The notes below the pieces were generated by a model. It worked only from the letters and a program-made list of their open reading frames with translations, was not told the DNA's origin and did not search any database. The translations under genes and the position numbers were made by a program. From assembly GCA_035281225.1 (NCBI GenBank), contig DATEEI010000117.1:62720-126719 (forward strand): a stretch of 64,000 nucleotides of DNA, read 5' to 3'. This document shows positions 1-9,997 of the stretch, one piece after another (position 1 is the stretch's first letter; each line of letters opens with the position of its first letter). The DNA comes from Vicinamibacterales bacterium (GTDB lineage: Bacteria > Acidobacteriota > Vicinamibacteria > Vicinamibacterales > JAMQPK01).

Positions 1-1806
1 ATCAATCGCAAAGGCTGTGAGCTTCTCGGGTGCACGGAGCTGGAATTACTCGGGCGCGATTGGATCGAGACGTGCCTTCCGGCGCGATCTCGGCAAGCAC
101 TCCGAGAGAGCTTTCACAACGTTCTCAGCGGAGAGCTTGGCATCGTCGAACATCCCGTTCTGACGAGATATGGGGAGGAGCGGCTGATTGAATGGCGTAA
201 CCAAGTGCTGCGAGACGAGACGGGGTGCGTCATCGGCACGCTCAGTTCCGGCACCGACGTTACGGCACACAACGAGGCGGTCGAGGCCCTGCGAGTCTCG
301 GAAGAGCGTACGCGATTTGCGCTGCGGAACGCAGGCGTCGGAATCTGGGACATGGACTACACGACCGGCGTACTCCGATGGTCCGAGACAATCGAGGCCC
401 ACTACGGTCTCGAACCAGGGACCTTCGGAGGTACGTTCGACGCCTTTGTCGAGCGGATTCATCCCGACGACCGCGCCGCAGTGCTCGCCACTGTGGAGCA
501 AGCCGTGAAGGCCGGCTCCGATTTCTCCCTGCAAAACCGATCAATTTGGCCGGACGGCACGGTTCGATGGTTGAGCGGCATCGGCCGGATTCTCCTCGCA
601 GAAGACGGCAAGCCGGTGCGGGCCGTTGGCATTTCCCTCGATGTCACCGATCGGCACAGCCTGGAAGAGCAGTATCACCAGGCACAGAAGATGGAGGCGG
701 TTGGGCGGCTGGCGGGTGGCGTCGCGCACGACTTCAACAATCTGCTCACCGCGATTCTCGGCTACTGCGAACTGCTCCTAGACGCCGCAGAGCCGGGCGA
801 CCCTCGCCGGGCCGATATTTCCGAGATTCAGAAGGCGGGGTTGCGTGCAGCCGGGCTAACGCGCCAGCTTCTGGCTTTTAGTCGCAAGCAGATCATCAAC
901 CCGATCCTGCTCGACCTCAATGTGATTGTGGCGGACATGCGAGGAATGCTCGAACGCCTCATCGGGGAAGACGTAACGGTCGTGCTCCGCACCCAATCCG
1001 AGCTGGCGCCCGTCAAGGCCGATCGCGGGCAGATCGAGCAGATTGTGATGAACCTTGCAGTCAACGCCCGTGATGCGATGCCGCGAGGGGGCACCTTGAC
1101 GATCGAGTCGGCCAACGTCGAGCTCGACGAAGAGTATGCAAAAACACACCTCTCCGTGAAACCAGGTTCGTACGTCATGCTCGCGGTGTCCGACACGGGA
1201 ACGGGCATGACGCCGGAAGTGCAGGCGCGACTGTTCGAACCCTTCTTCACAACCAAAGATGTCGGGAAGGGAACGGGCCTCGGCCTTGCCACCGTTCATG
1301 GCATCGTGGCGCGATCCGGAGGCAACATCGACGTCTTTAGCGAAGTCGAACGCGGAAGCTCCTTCAAAGTGTACTTCCCGCGAGCCGACGCCACGGAAGC
1401 AATCCCCGAGGCGCCACCGATCTCTCCACAGCTTAACAAAGCGACACAGACCGTGCTCGTTGTCGAGGATGAACCGGGGCTGCGCGAGCTAGCGAAGCGA
1501 CTGTTGGAACGACAAGGCTATACCGTCTTTGTCGCAGCCAATGCCGACGAAGCAAGCCGGTTCTTCGACGAAACGAGCGCTATCGATGTGCTCCTCACCG
1601 ACGTCGTGATGCCCGGTGCGAGCGGGCCCGAGCTCACGCAGGCGCTCATCGGCCGGAAGCCCGGGCTCCATGTCATTTACATGTCTGGGTACACTGAAGA
1701 TGCCATCGTCCATCATGGAATCCTCGCTCCCGGCATTGCCTTCCTGCAAAAACCGTTCACCTCGGAAACGCTCGGAAGAAAGATCCAACAGATTCTCAAG
1801 ATATGA
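1..1806 (+). CDS. Hybrid sensor histidine kinase/response regulator with PAS domains (5' end cut by window edge)
   Basis: Frame 1 is open from nt 1 (INRKGCELLGCTELELLGRDWIE..., PAS-like) into listed ORF 205..1806. H-box 'GGVAHDFNNLL'; HATPase blocks 'NLAVNARDAM', 'DTGTGM', 'GTGLGLA'; C-terminal receiver 'VLVVEDEPGLRE...LLTDVVMPG'. Confidence 0.9.
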   Translation: MNRKGCELLGCTELELLGRDWIETCLPARSRQALRESFHNVLSGELGIVEHPVLTRYGEERLIEWRNQVLRDETGCVIGTLSSGTDVTAHNEAVEALRVSEERTRFALRNAGVGIWDMDYTTGVLRWSETIEAHYGLEPGTFGGTFDAFVERIHPDDRAAVLATVEQAVKAGSDFSLQNRSIWPDGTVRWLSGIGRILLAEDGKPVRAVGISLDVTDRHSLEEQYHQAQKMEAVGRLAGGVAHDFNNLLTAILGYCELLLDAAEPGDPRRADISEIQKAGLRAAGLTRQLLAFSRKQIINPILLDLNVIVADMRGMLERLIGEDVTVVLRTQSELAPVKADRGQIEQIVMNLAVNARDAMPRGGTLTIESANVELDEEYAKTHLSVKPGSYVMLAVSDTGTGMTPEVQARLFEPFFTTKDVGKGTGLGLATVHGIVARSGGNIDVFSEVERGSSFKVYFPRADATEAIPEAPPISPQLNKATQTVLVVEDEPGLRELAKRLLERQGYTVFVAANADEASRFFDETSAIDVLLTDVVMPGASGPELTQALIGRKPGLHVIYMSGYTEDAIVHHGILAPGIAFLQKPFTSETLGRKIQQILKI

Positions 1807-2540
1807 TGTCAGCATCTGACGTGACACCAAAATCGCACCGAATAATCGTCCTGACCATGCTGGTCATCTCGTTCGCCCTACTCATCCCCGGACTCTTCCT
1901 CCCGGTGCTGACCATCCGCGGCGTGCTCACCCGCGAGGGCATCGGGCACGTCGCACCGATGATGCTGGAGCGAGGCCTGAGCGACGAGACCGTGACGACC
2001 CTCAAGTCGATGATGAACCCGAGCATCGTGTCGTTTCTGGATGCGACGGGCGGAGACGTCCGCCGGATCATCCTCGACAAGCTCACGCCACAGATCACCG
2101 CAGCGCTTCAGCAAAACGTGGACGAGATCGAAGTCTACCAGCAGACCCGCAGCATCATCGGATCGGTACGGCGACTGTATGAAGTCGGAAGCCCTGTGCC
2201 CGCGACGCTCATCCTGCTCTTCAGCGTCATCGTGCCGTTCGGCAAGGGAGCGCTCGTGGCCCTGGCGATGTTCATCGGCGATGCAGGCCGGCGCCGCACG
2301 CTGCGATTCGTGGAGCTGATTGCCAAGTGGTCGATGGCCGACGTGTTCGTGGTCGCGCTGTTCATCGCATATCTGGCAGCACAGGCCAGCACCACCGCAC
2401 CGGGTGCGGCCGAGCCGGCGCTGGTGTCCTTCAGTGCTCGGTTCGGCGCAGGATTCTACTGGTTCGCCGCCTACTGCGTGTTCTCGCTGGCGTCCCAGCA
2501 AGTCAGCGTCGCGCTGGCCGGATCAGAAAAAGGGGTCTGA
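1803..2540 (+). CDS. PqiA-family (paraquat-inducible protein A-like) integral membrane protein
   Basis: ATGA overlap with the kinase stop. 245 aa with TM segments at both ends; block 'IAKWSMADVFVVALFIAYLAAQ' is typical of PqiA-type proteins. Confidence 0.65.
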   Translation: MMSASDVTPKSHRIIVLTMLVISFALLIPGLFLPVLTIRGVLTREGIGHVAPMMLERGLSDETVTTLKSMMNPSIVSFLDATGGDVRRIILDKLTPQITAALQQNVDEIEVYQQTRSIIGSVRRLYEVGSPVPATLILLFSVIVPFGKGALVALAMFIGDAGRRRTLRFVELIAKWSMADVFVVALFIAYLAAQASTTAPGAAEPALVSFSARFGAGFYWFAAYCVFSLASQQVSVALAGSEKGV

Positions 2541-2549
2541 CCCCTTTTT
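2527..2549. terminator. Bidirectional intrinsic terminator between convergent genes
   Basis: AAAAAGGGG-tctga-CCCCTTTTT: perfect 9-bp stem with an A-tract on one side and a T-tract on the other. It overlaps both stop codons (TGA 2538-2540 on +, TAA 2548-2550 on -). Confidence 0.65.
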
Positions 2550-3432
2550 ACGCGATCTCGACGCTGCAGATGTATCCGCTGTGCGGGCTCTCGAGGCCCT
2601 TCCATCCCGGGTGGATGCCCGCATCGCAGGTGATGAATCGTCCGTCGTGCCATTCCAAGCCATGGGGATCACAGGATCCTGGCGCAAAATCCACCGTCAT
2701 CAGCAGCTGGCCGGTCTTACCGTCGTATTTGTTCAGGCCGGCTTTGCCGTCAACGTAGCTCGTGCTGTTGTTTCCAGTCACAACCCAGATATGGCCCTCG
2801 TTGTCGAACGCCAGGTCGTGGAGGCGAGGCTTCTCCTCCGAGCTCACGCGAATCAGCACTTCGGGAACCCACGTCGTGGGATCGACCCGCAGAATGCCTC
2901 CCAGGCGTAGCACAGCAATCCACAGCTTGCCGTCATGCCACTTCATGCCATGGCACCCACCGCCGTTGCCGTCAATGCTGAGCGGAATTTGACGATGGCT
3001 GACTTGCTTGGAGTTCATATCGACTTGAAAGACGCCGCCTGGATCGATGTTTGCGCCCATCCAGATGAAACCGCCACCATACGCCAAGCCGGACGTGTTG
3101 CGCGAATTCGTAGTAACCGTCTTGAGCAGCTTGCCGTTCCAATCGACCAGCCATGCCATCTCCTCGCGGTTCGGCTCGAGGGGCAGGTTCAATCTCGTCG
3201 CATTCAGAGCGGTGACCTTCTGCTGCCCGATCCATAAGCCCCCCGGGGCATCCGGCATCACGGCAAGCGCGTTGGGATACAGGCCCGGCGACTTGAACAT
3301 CCGTGTGGTCTTCGCCACACGGGTCGGTACGGCGCTGGGTGCCTGGCCGACCTGCTGCGCCAGAGCAATCGCCGTCGAACTGAAGTTCAGTGCAAGACCG
3401 GCCGCCAGAAACTCTCTTCGTTTCATGCTCAT
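2548..3432 (-). CDS. Tat-exported beta-propeller-like protein, function unknown
   Basis: Start moved to the ATG at 3432 (GAGAGG 7 nt upstream). Twin-arginine signal 'MSMKRREFLAAGLAL...AIALA'. Repeated Gly/Trp/Asp-rich blades ('GGFIWMG', 'GKLWIAV', 'GHIWVVT'). Confidence 0.6.
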   Translation of the reverse strand: MSMKRREFLAAGLALNFSSTAIALAQQVGQAPSAVPTRVAKTTRMFKSPGLYPNALAVMPDAPGGLWIGQQKVTALNATRLNLPLEPNREEMAWLVDWNGKLLKTVTTNSRNTSGLAYGGGFIWMGANIDPGGVFQVDMNSKQVSHRQIPLSIDGNGGGCHGMKWHDGKLWIAVLRLGGILRVDPTTWVPEVLIRVSSEEKPRLHDLAFDNEGHIWVVTGNNSTSYVDGKAGLNKYDGKTGQLLMTVDFAPGSCDPHGLEWHDGRFITCDAGIHPGWKGLESPHSGYICSVEIA

Positions 3433-3501
3433 GGCACTACCTCTCAAAGCAGAGCTTATATCACAGGCGAAGGCCAGATTTTTCTGGCACCTGGTGACGC
3501 A

Positions 3502-4149
3502 CTACTGAGATCGCCGAGTGCCAAGGTTCACCGATGACCGGTTTACCTTGCTGGCGTCAAAGGCGGCGTTCGAACAATTGCCGTTCCACGCTGGTGGTGG
3601 TAGAAAGCCCGTATTGTCCGTCTCAAAGCTGATCTTGCCGAGCGATCTCGATGACGTTACAGAACTCGAACGAAGATCATAGATCACCGGGATCAGTTGG
3701 TGATCGTCGCTGAGTCCCCAGTATGCGAAAAATGCGGAACAGAAGCTGCCATTGGAAAAGCTCGTTTCGTGAGGCAAGCGAACCGGGCTTGCAACCAAAT
3801 CGCCATTACGTTTGAGTCGCGCCTCCTCCCAGAACTCGTTCTCACCACCGTGCCGCGACCCAGCTGTTTGTTCCTGGCTTGGATCACCCTCAACACATCG
3901 CTTAACGAGCAGTCGTCCCTTGAATCCATATGCGCGTGCCAGCCAGCCGACGACGCGCCCCGACATCATCAATGGGTGGCACTCTGTAGTATCAATTTCG
4001 TTTTCAAACAAGACCGGCTTGCCGAGTATACCGCCCCGAAGGTGACCAAACGGACCCTGTTTTAGCTCTAGCTCCTGGGGTTGTTGAGCGGCCGCGACGC
4101 TAGCTGCCAGCTGAAACATCAACGGTGCGAGATAGATCCGAAGGCTCAT
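3502..4149 (-). CDS. Secreted hypothetical protein
   Basis: Sec-type signal 'MSLRIYLAPLMFQLAASVAAAQQ'; several Cys; coding-like composition. No family recognised. Confidence 0.5.
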   Translation of the reverse strand: MSLRIYLAPLMFQLAASVAAAQQPQELELKQGPFGHLRGGILGKPVLFENEIDTTECHPLMMSGRVVGWLARAYGFKGRLLVKRCVEGDPSQEQTAGSRHGGENEFWEEARLKRNGDLVASPVRLPHETSFSNGSFCSAFFAYWGLSDDHQLIPVIYDLRSSSVTSSRSLGKISFETDNTGFLPPPAWNGNCSNAAFDASKVNRSSVNLGTRRSQ

Positions 4150-4195
4150 TCACGTCGTATCGGGATTGTTCGAGCTCGGCTTCATTGTTGGAGGC

Positions 4196-4990
4196 CTATG
4201 GTGCGCGGTAGATGTAGATGAGGTCCCCTGTCTTGCTGCCGAACGCGCGGTATCCAAGAAACCCCGTCGCGATCGGGAGTCCAACTAAAGAAAGCCCCAT
4301 CAGCACTCCCTCGTCACTACAGTCGCCGCCACAGTGCTTGAATGCGAGGTTCACCGCGAAGAATGCGCCGAGCAACAACCCTCCTGCTGCCCCGCCGACA
4401 GCACCAGCCACTGACCCACGAGGTCTTTCGCGCCCGGTGATCTCCCGGATATCACCTCGCATGAATCTCTGGACCACCTGGTCAAGATCCGCAACCTTCC
4501 GATCGGCCACGAACACACCATCGGGTGCCACACGCACGTTCGTGCCGACAAAGTGCGCGCGATCCGCCGCAAAATAATCCGGGTGCTTTGAGGCGGCGTT
4601 GAGCAACTCGCGCCTGGCTTCCTCGGATAGTTCCGGGTGTGTCAAGTTCAGCGTCGTGAGGTCGAAGTCGTCGGTCAGCACGACATACCTTGAGCCGAGC
4701 TGCGCGCCCAAAGCGGTCACGAAGATTTCTGTCCCCGGCTTGAGCTGACGAACGCGCGCCCAGCCGACGTCGGCTTGCAGGCCGGTCGCCGATCGTTCCG
4801 ACAACGCAGGGGCGGCAGCGAGCCGGATGCCCTCACGGGTGATGGCCCTGGCGAGCGGACCAGCGGTAGGGCCTGACGTCGGGCTGCGAGCATCGAAGGA
4901 GCTGCGTGCTGGTGTTTGCTCCTGCGCGGATACTGGAAAAGCCGATGCCGTCAGACTGATGATCAACGCGAGCGATAGCAGGGATCTCAT
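4196..4990 (-). CDS. Exported hypothetical protein with C-terminal glycine-zipper membrane anchor
   Basis: Start moved to the ATG at 4990 (GGAGG 5 nt upstream), giving signal 'MRSLLSLALIISLTASAFPVSAQ'. C-terminal 'GAVGGAAGGLLLGAFFAVNLA...GLSLVGLPIATGFLGY'. Confidence 0.55.
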   Translation of the reverse strand: MRSLLSLALIISLTASAFPVSAQEQTPARSSFDARSPTSGPTAGPLARAITREGIRLAAAPALSERSATGLQADVGWARVRQLKPGTEIFVTALGAQLGSRYVVLTDDFDLTTLNLTHPELSEEARRELLNAASKHPDYFAADRAHFVGTNVRVAPDGVFVADRKVADLDQVVQRFMRGDIREITGRERPRGSVAGAVGGAAGGLLLGAFFAVNLAFKHCGGDCSDEGVLMGLSLVGLPIATGFLGYRAFGSKTGDLIYIYRAP

Positions 4991-5237
4991 CTTGCCTCCG
5001 TACTTCGAATGCGAAAGTCCTGCAACAAACTCTTGGCCAATTTTCGCAAAGCTGTTATTCTCTGCCCGCACATAACATCGTGCCGGTCGCCGACCCAGAC
5101 GTGCAGCCGTCGTCAGCAGCTCTGCAGTCCCCAGCTCGCAGCGCATTCAACCGAGTTTAGTCGAGAAACAGCCGTCGGGTGCCGGCTCGGCTATCGGTAC
5201 GTACGCCCACTGAAGACACGTTCGCTAACGCGTCCTT

Positions 5238-6236
5238 TTGCTCGACGAGTGTTCGATGAAGAACATCCTGGGACGGATCTGTACAACTCGCGTATTCACG
5301 ATGTTCGTTCGACACGTTTTGTCGAGCGCGATCATTCTTATGTGGTCGGTCACCGCGGCCGCTGCGGCCACGGTCGAGCTGACCTGGGATCCGAATCCCG
5401 AACCGAACATTGCCGGATACATCGTCTTCTATGGCACAAGCTCGGGGCAGTACACCGTCAGCGTTGACGTCGGCAACCACACATCCTTCCGATTTGTCAC
5501 ACCCGATCCCTCGAGCCGCTACTACCTCGCTGTTCGCGCCTACAACGTGTCGGGAATGCAAAGCGGCTTTTCAGCGGAGGTCAGCACAAGCAATCCCTCG
5601 GCGTCCGAGCTCACGGGCATCACCTCGAGCTCGCCAATCGCAGCGCCGCTCGCGCTTACCAGCCTGAAGGCCAGTCTCCGTTCACCGCAAGCGGTAGGGA
5701 CGAGCATCATGCTCACGGCTTCCGCCACCGGAGGAACAGCACCACATCAATTCAAGTGGCTGATCTCGAACGGGAAGGGATGGAGCGTCGCCCGCGGGTG
5801 GTCGACCAGCAACAAGCACGCTTGGACTCCCACCACAAACACGAAATACACGGTGATGGTCTGGGCGCGCAGCGCGACGAGCGGGCGCGACGCACCGGAG
5901 GGCCCGAACGCGGATGGCAGCATCCCCTACACGATTACGCCGGGGGTCGCCGTAACGAGGCTCAGGGCGGACAAGCCGGCTCCTCAACGCGCCGGTTCGC
6001 AAATCGTATTTACTGCGACCGCGTCCGGCGCCAGGTCTTACAAGTACAAGTGGTGGGTCTTCAATGGCGTCAAGTGGGCCATCGCAAAAGAGTGGTCGTC
6101 GAGCAATAAATTCTCCTGGAAGCCGGCAACGGCGAACGCGAAGTATCAGGTTCTCGTGCGCGTACGAGACGGCTCGAGTCCGTCGCGGACCAGTGCCGGC
6201 ACCGCCATGCCGTTTCCAATCGAACGCAGACGGTAA
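5238..6236 (+). CDS. Fibronectin type III domain protein with two tandem Ig-like (Y_Y_Y-like) repeats
   Basis: 'VELTWDPNPEPNIAGYIVFYGTSSGQY...YYLAVRAYNVSGMQSGFS' is FN3. Two ~95-aa repeats follow ('HQFKWLISNGKGWSVARGWSTSNKHAWTP' / 'YKYKWWVFNGVKWAIAKEWSSSNKFSWKP'). The likely true start is the ATG at 5301 (signal 'MFVRHVLSSAIILMWSVTAAAAA'). Confidence 0.7.
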   Translation: MLDECSMKNILGRICTTRVFTMFVRHVLSSAIILMWSVTAAAAATVELTWDPNPEPNIAGYIVFYGTSSGQYTVSVDVGNHTSFRFVTPDPSSRYYLAVRAYNVSGMQSGFSAEVSTSNPSASELTGITSSSPIAAPLALTSLKASLRSPQAVGTSIMLTASATGGTAPHQFKWLISNGKGWSVARGWSTSNKHAWTPTTNTKYTVMVWARSATSGRDAPEGPNADGSIPYTITPGVAVTRLRADKPAPQRAGSQIVFTATASGARSYKYKWWVFNGVKWAIAKEWSSSNKFSWKPATANAKYQVLVRVRDGSSPSRTSAGTAMPFPIERRR

Positions 6237-6259
6237 ACCGATTCCCTCGGGAGGAAGGC

Positions 6260-8572
6260 TCAGTCTTTCTCTTTTTCCCCGCGGCCGAAGATCTTCCCCC
6301 AGAATCCGCGCTTCTTCTTCGGCTGCTCCTTGCCATCCACCGTGTCCGCAGCGACGACGAGCTCCGGTGTACCGGCGGAGACGGTCGACACCAGCGCGTC
6401 GCTCGCCTGTGCCTGATTCTGATTCGAGGCCGGAACTATTTCGCTGCCACCCGTGCCAACCGCGACGAGCTGTCCGGATGACGCGAAGAAGTAGTGCTCC
6501 TGGCAGACCTGCGAGGGTGCCGCACCGCGCACGAAGTAATCCGTGATGATGCGATCGCAGGCCTCGCCCGGCAACTGGCCCGAAAGCCGGCATACGTTCA
6601 CCGCCGTGAGGCCGGACGGCGCCTTGAACGTGTCTGGCTTATGGGCCGTCGTCGCCACTTTCATGAACCGCGCCCACATCGGCACGGCGAGCTCGCCGGC
6701 GAAACCGTGAGAAACAATCGTGCGCGGCTTGTCGAACCCGATCCAAACACCGGTGGCGAGATTCGGCGTGTAGCCGACGAACCACGCGTCCACGTAATCG
6801 TTGGTCGTACCGGTCTTGCCGGCGGCCGGAAGCGTGAACCCCTCCTGGCGCGCTCTGTAGGCCGTTCCGTAGTTGATGACATCGGACAACATGCTCGTCA
6901 TGAGGAACGCCGTCTGGGGCGCCAGCACCTGCGTGACAGACGGCTTCGCCTCGAAGAGCAGATTCCCCTCGGCATCTTCGACGCGGAGGATGAGCGTCGG
7001 CGGGCGAAGCTGGCCCCGATCGGCGAACGTCGAATACGCCGACGTCATCGCCATCAGCGTGACCTCGCCCGATCCGAGCGCCAGCGACGGCACGCTGGGC
7101 ACGCTTCCCATCCCCATGCGACGCGCCTGATCTACGGTCTTCGAAATTCCCACCTGCTCGAGCATCCGGACGGCCGCGCGATTGCTCGACGTGCGAAGAG
7201 CGGTGCGCACGGTCATGGCAGCGGAGATCGAGTGCTCGTCCTCCGGCATCCACGCGCCCTGCAGTGTCGCAACCGGCTCGTCGAGCCGAGTAACCAGCGA
7301 CGCGGGCGTGTAGCCATTCTCGAGCGCCGCCGCATACACAAAGGGCTTGAACGCGGAGCCCGGCTGGCGCAGCGCCTGCGTCGCGCGGTTGAACCGGCTC
7401 GCCTTGAAATCGCGGCCGCCGACCATCGCGCGCACTTCACCGGTCCGCGGATCCATGGCGACGAGTGCGGCTTCGAGGCGGTCTTCGGCAGGGCCGACCT
7501 GAAGGTCGGCACTACGTGTTGACTTCGGGTCAGCGCTATGTCGCGGCTTCTTCGACAGGCGCGCCGCACGCCGCGCCTCGATCTGCTCGAGCGATTTCGC
7601 GATCGTCGCTTCGGCCGCTCGCTGCATGTCCGGATCGATCGTGGTGTAGACGCGCAGGCCGCCTTCGGACAGGCGCTCCCAACCGAACTGTTTGACGAGC
7701 TGCTGGCGGACCTCTTCCTTGAAGTACTGACCGAGCGGCTCTTCGCGGCGAAGCACGTCGCGCAGCGTCACTTTCTCTTTCGTCGCACGCTCGAACGCGT
7801 CCTTCGTGATGATCTCCTGGTCGTTCATCGCCTTCAGGACGAGCGCGCGCCTCCCGACCGCGCGCGCCATGTTTACGGTCGGCGCGTTCACCGATGGCGC
7901 ATTCACGAGACCCGCCAACAGGGCAGACTCGGCCAGGTCGAGATCGGCCGCCGATTTTCCGAAGTATCCCCGTGCGGCCGCTTCGGCCCCGTACAATCCG
8001 TCTCCGAAGTACACCTTGTTCAGGTAGAGCTCGAGGATTTCCTCTTTGGAGTACATCCTCTCAATCCTGACAGCCAGCGCGATTTCCTGAAGCTTTCGCC
8101 AGTACTTTTTTTCACGGGTGAGAAAAGATTGCCTGGCCAGCTGCTGGGTGATGGTGCTGGCGCCCTGCGCCTTGCGGCCGCGCTGCAGGTCGGCCCAGGC
8201 GGCGCCGAAGATGCGAAACGGGTCGTAGCCCTTGTGATCTTCAAACCGCTGGTCTTCAAACGCGACAATCGCCTTTCGCAGGTGTGGCGACACCCGCGCC
8301 AACGGCACCTCGATGCGATATTCCTTGAAAATGGTGAAAACAGGCCTCTTGTTCACGTCGTAGAGCGTCGTGGCCTGAGGCATGTCGCCGAGAGTACGAA
8401 GCTCGTTGCGGTTGGGGAGTCCAGCAAACAACATCCCGATGGTCACAACGCCGACAACGACAACCGCTGCGATACCCCACAGGATCGGCCGCTTGTGCCT
8501 GTAAAACTGCTGTTTCAGACCCTGGAGAGCCTGGTCGAACGATCGGATGGGGACCATTGGTACGGTGCTCAT
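6260..8572 (-). CDS. mrcA: Penicillin-binding protein 1A (bifunctional transglycosylase/transpeptidase)
   Basis: GT51 motifs 'FEDQRFEDHKGYD' and 'GASTITQQLAR'; transpeptidase 'SAFKPFVYAAALE' (SxxK) and 'KTGTTND'; N-terminal TM anchor. Confidence 0.9.
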   Translation of the reverse strand: MSTVPMVPIRSFDQALQGLKQQFYRHKRPILWGIAAVVVVGVVTIGMLFAGLPNRNELRTLGDMPQATTLYDVNKRPVFTIFKEYRIEVPLARVSPHLRKAIVAFEDQRFEDHKGYDPFRIFGAAWADLQRGRKAQGASTITQQLARQSFLTREKKYWRKLQEIALAVRIERMYSKEEILELYLNKVYFGDGLYGAEAAARGYFGKSAADLDLAESALLAGLVNAPSVNAPTVNMARAVGRRALVLKAMNDQEIITKDAFERATKEKVTLRDVLRREEPLGQYFKEEVRQQLVKQFGWERLSEGGLRVYTTIDPDMQRAAEATIAKSLEQIEARRAARLSKKPRHSADPKSTRSADLQVGPAEDRLEAALVAMDPRTGEVRAMVGGRDFKASRFNRATQALRQPGSAFKPFVYAAALENGYTPASLVTRLDEPVATLQGAWMPEDEHSISAAMTVRTALRTSSNRAAVRMLEQVGISKTVDQARRMGMGSVPSVPSLALGSGEVTLMAMTSAYSTFADRGQLRPPTLILRVEDAEGNLLFEAKPSVTQVLAPQTAFLMTSMLSDVINYGTAYRARQEGFTLPAAGKTGTTNDYVDAWFVGYTPNLATGVWIGFDKPRTIVSHGFAGELAVPMWARFMKVATTAHKPDTFKAPSGLTAVNVCRLSGQLPGEACDRIITDYFVRGAAPSQVCQEHYFFASSGQLVAVGTGGSEIVPASNQNQAQASDALVSTVSAGTPELVVAADTVDGKEQPKKKRGFWGKIFGRGEKEKD

Positions 8573-8620
8573 TGCAAGATTCCTACCGCGTCACGATATA
8601 GTCATCCGAGGAGTTGATCA

Positions 8621-9997
8621 ATGCTCCGTCATCTGACGTGTGTCGCTGTCCTCGCGCATACCCTTTTCCAGATTACCAGTTCTGCCCAGCCGGCTTTTTC
8701 GACGCGGGTCGTCGCCAGCGGATTGCACGCGCCATGGGAGATGGTCTGGGGACCAGACGATCACCTGTGGGTGACCGAACGCACCGGACGCCGGGTGATT
8801 CGGGTCAACCCCACTAGCGGCGCGATCAGTCCCGCATTATCGATCGTTGAATCGTACGATCCGGGCGTTAGCTGGCATGAAGGCGTGCTCGGTCTTGCCC
8901 TCCACCCCGACCTGCTCAAGGGAGTCGGTCGCGACTACGTGTACGTCGCGTACACGTACGACGCGGATCCCGGCGATACGCTCTCGCGAAAGTTGAAAGT
9001 GCGGCGGTACTCGTACGAGCCCGCAAAGGAATCTCTCAGCAATCCGGTCGAGCTGATCGCGAACCTTCCGGCTCACGACGACCACGGAGGAGGCCGCCTC
9101 GTGATCGGCCCGGACCACACGCTGTATGTCTCGCGAGGCGATAACGGCAGCAATTGGCTCGCGAACTACTGCACGCCCATCCGCTCGCAGGAGCTTCCAA
9201 CCGCTGCGCAGATTGCGGCGGGTGACTGGTCAACATATGAGGGAAAAATTCTTCGGCTGAATCTCGACGGATCCATTCCTGCCGACAATCCGGTGCTCAA
9301 CGGGGTGCGAAGCCACATCTATTCGTATGGCCACCGTAATCCTCAAGGTTTGGCGTTCGGGCCGAATGGACTGCTCTACTCTTCGGAGCACGGACCGGGC
9401 ACAGACGACGAAGTGAACCTGATTCTGCCTGGCAGAAACTACGGCTGGCCGCACGTGGCGGGATATCGCGACGACCGTGGGTATGCGTACGCCAACTGGC
9501 GTCAGTCGAAAGATGTTCCATGCGCATCGCTGACGTTCGACGCGCTCGTGGCGCCCCCTTCGGTACCGCAACAGAAAGAAACGGATTGGAAAGGCACGTT
9601 CGAGACGCCGCTGCGCACGTTCTTCACCGTCGGCGAAGATTACAACCCGCGCGTCAGCGGCAGCGCGACGATTGCCGCAGGCGGCATAGAAGTGTACTCG
9701 GCTCGCGCGAGTGGCATTCCGGGATGGGCGAATTCGATCCTGCTGCCGGGGATGACGATGGGCCGAGTCTACCGGTTGACGCTGAGCGAAGACGGCCGCT
9801 CGGTCGTCAGCGAGAACGAAGAGCTGTTCAGAACGGGCAATCGCTACCGCGACGTCGCCATCGGCCGCGACCAACGGACGTTCTACTTCGCCACGGACAA
9901 CGACGGGCTCGGACGATCCACTGATCCATCCGGCGCATCGATCCGCACGTTCGCAAATCCCGGATCGATACTGGAGTTTAAATACGTAGCGCCTTAG
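8621..9997 (+). CDS. PQQ-dependent sugar (glucose/sorbosone) dehydrogenase, secreted
   Basis: Signal peptide; 'HGGRLVIGPD', 'YGHRNPQGLAFGPNG', 'EHGPGTDDEVNLILPGRNYGWP' typical of the soluble aldose dehydrogenase family. GAGGAG SD. Confidence 0.85.
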   Translation: MLRHLTCVAVLAHTLFQITSSAQPAFSTRVVASGLHAPWEMVWGPDDHLWVTERTGRRVIRVNPTSGAISPALSIVESYDPGVSWHEGVLGLALHPDLLKGVGRDYVYVAYTYDADPGDTLSRKLKVRRYSYEPAKESLSNPVELIANLPAHDDHGGGRLVIGPDHTLYVSRGDNGSNWLANYCTPIRSQELPTAAQIAAGDWSTYEGKILRLNLDGSIPADNPVLNGVRSHIYSYGHRNPQGLAFGPNGLLYSSEHGPGTDDEVNLILPGRNYGWPHVAGYRDDRGYAYANWRQSKDVPCASLTFDALVAPPSVPQQKETDWKGTFETPLRTFFTVGEDYNPRVSGSATIAAGGIEVYSARASGIPGWANSILLPGMTMGRVYRLTLSEDGRSVVSENEELFRTGNRYRDVAIGRDQRTFYFATDNDGLGRSTDPSGASIRTFANPGSILEFKYVAP

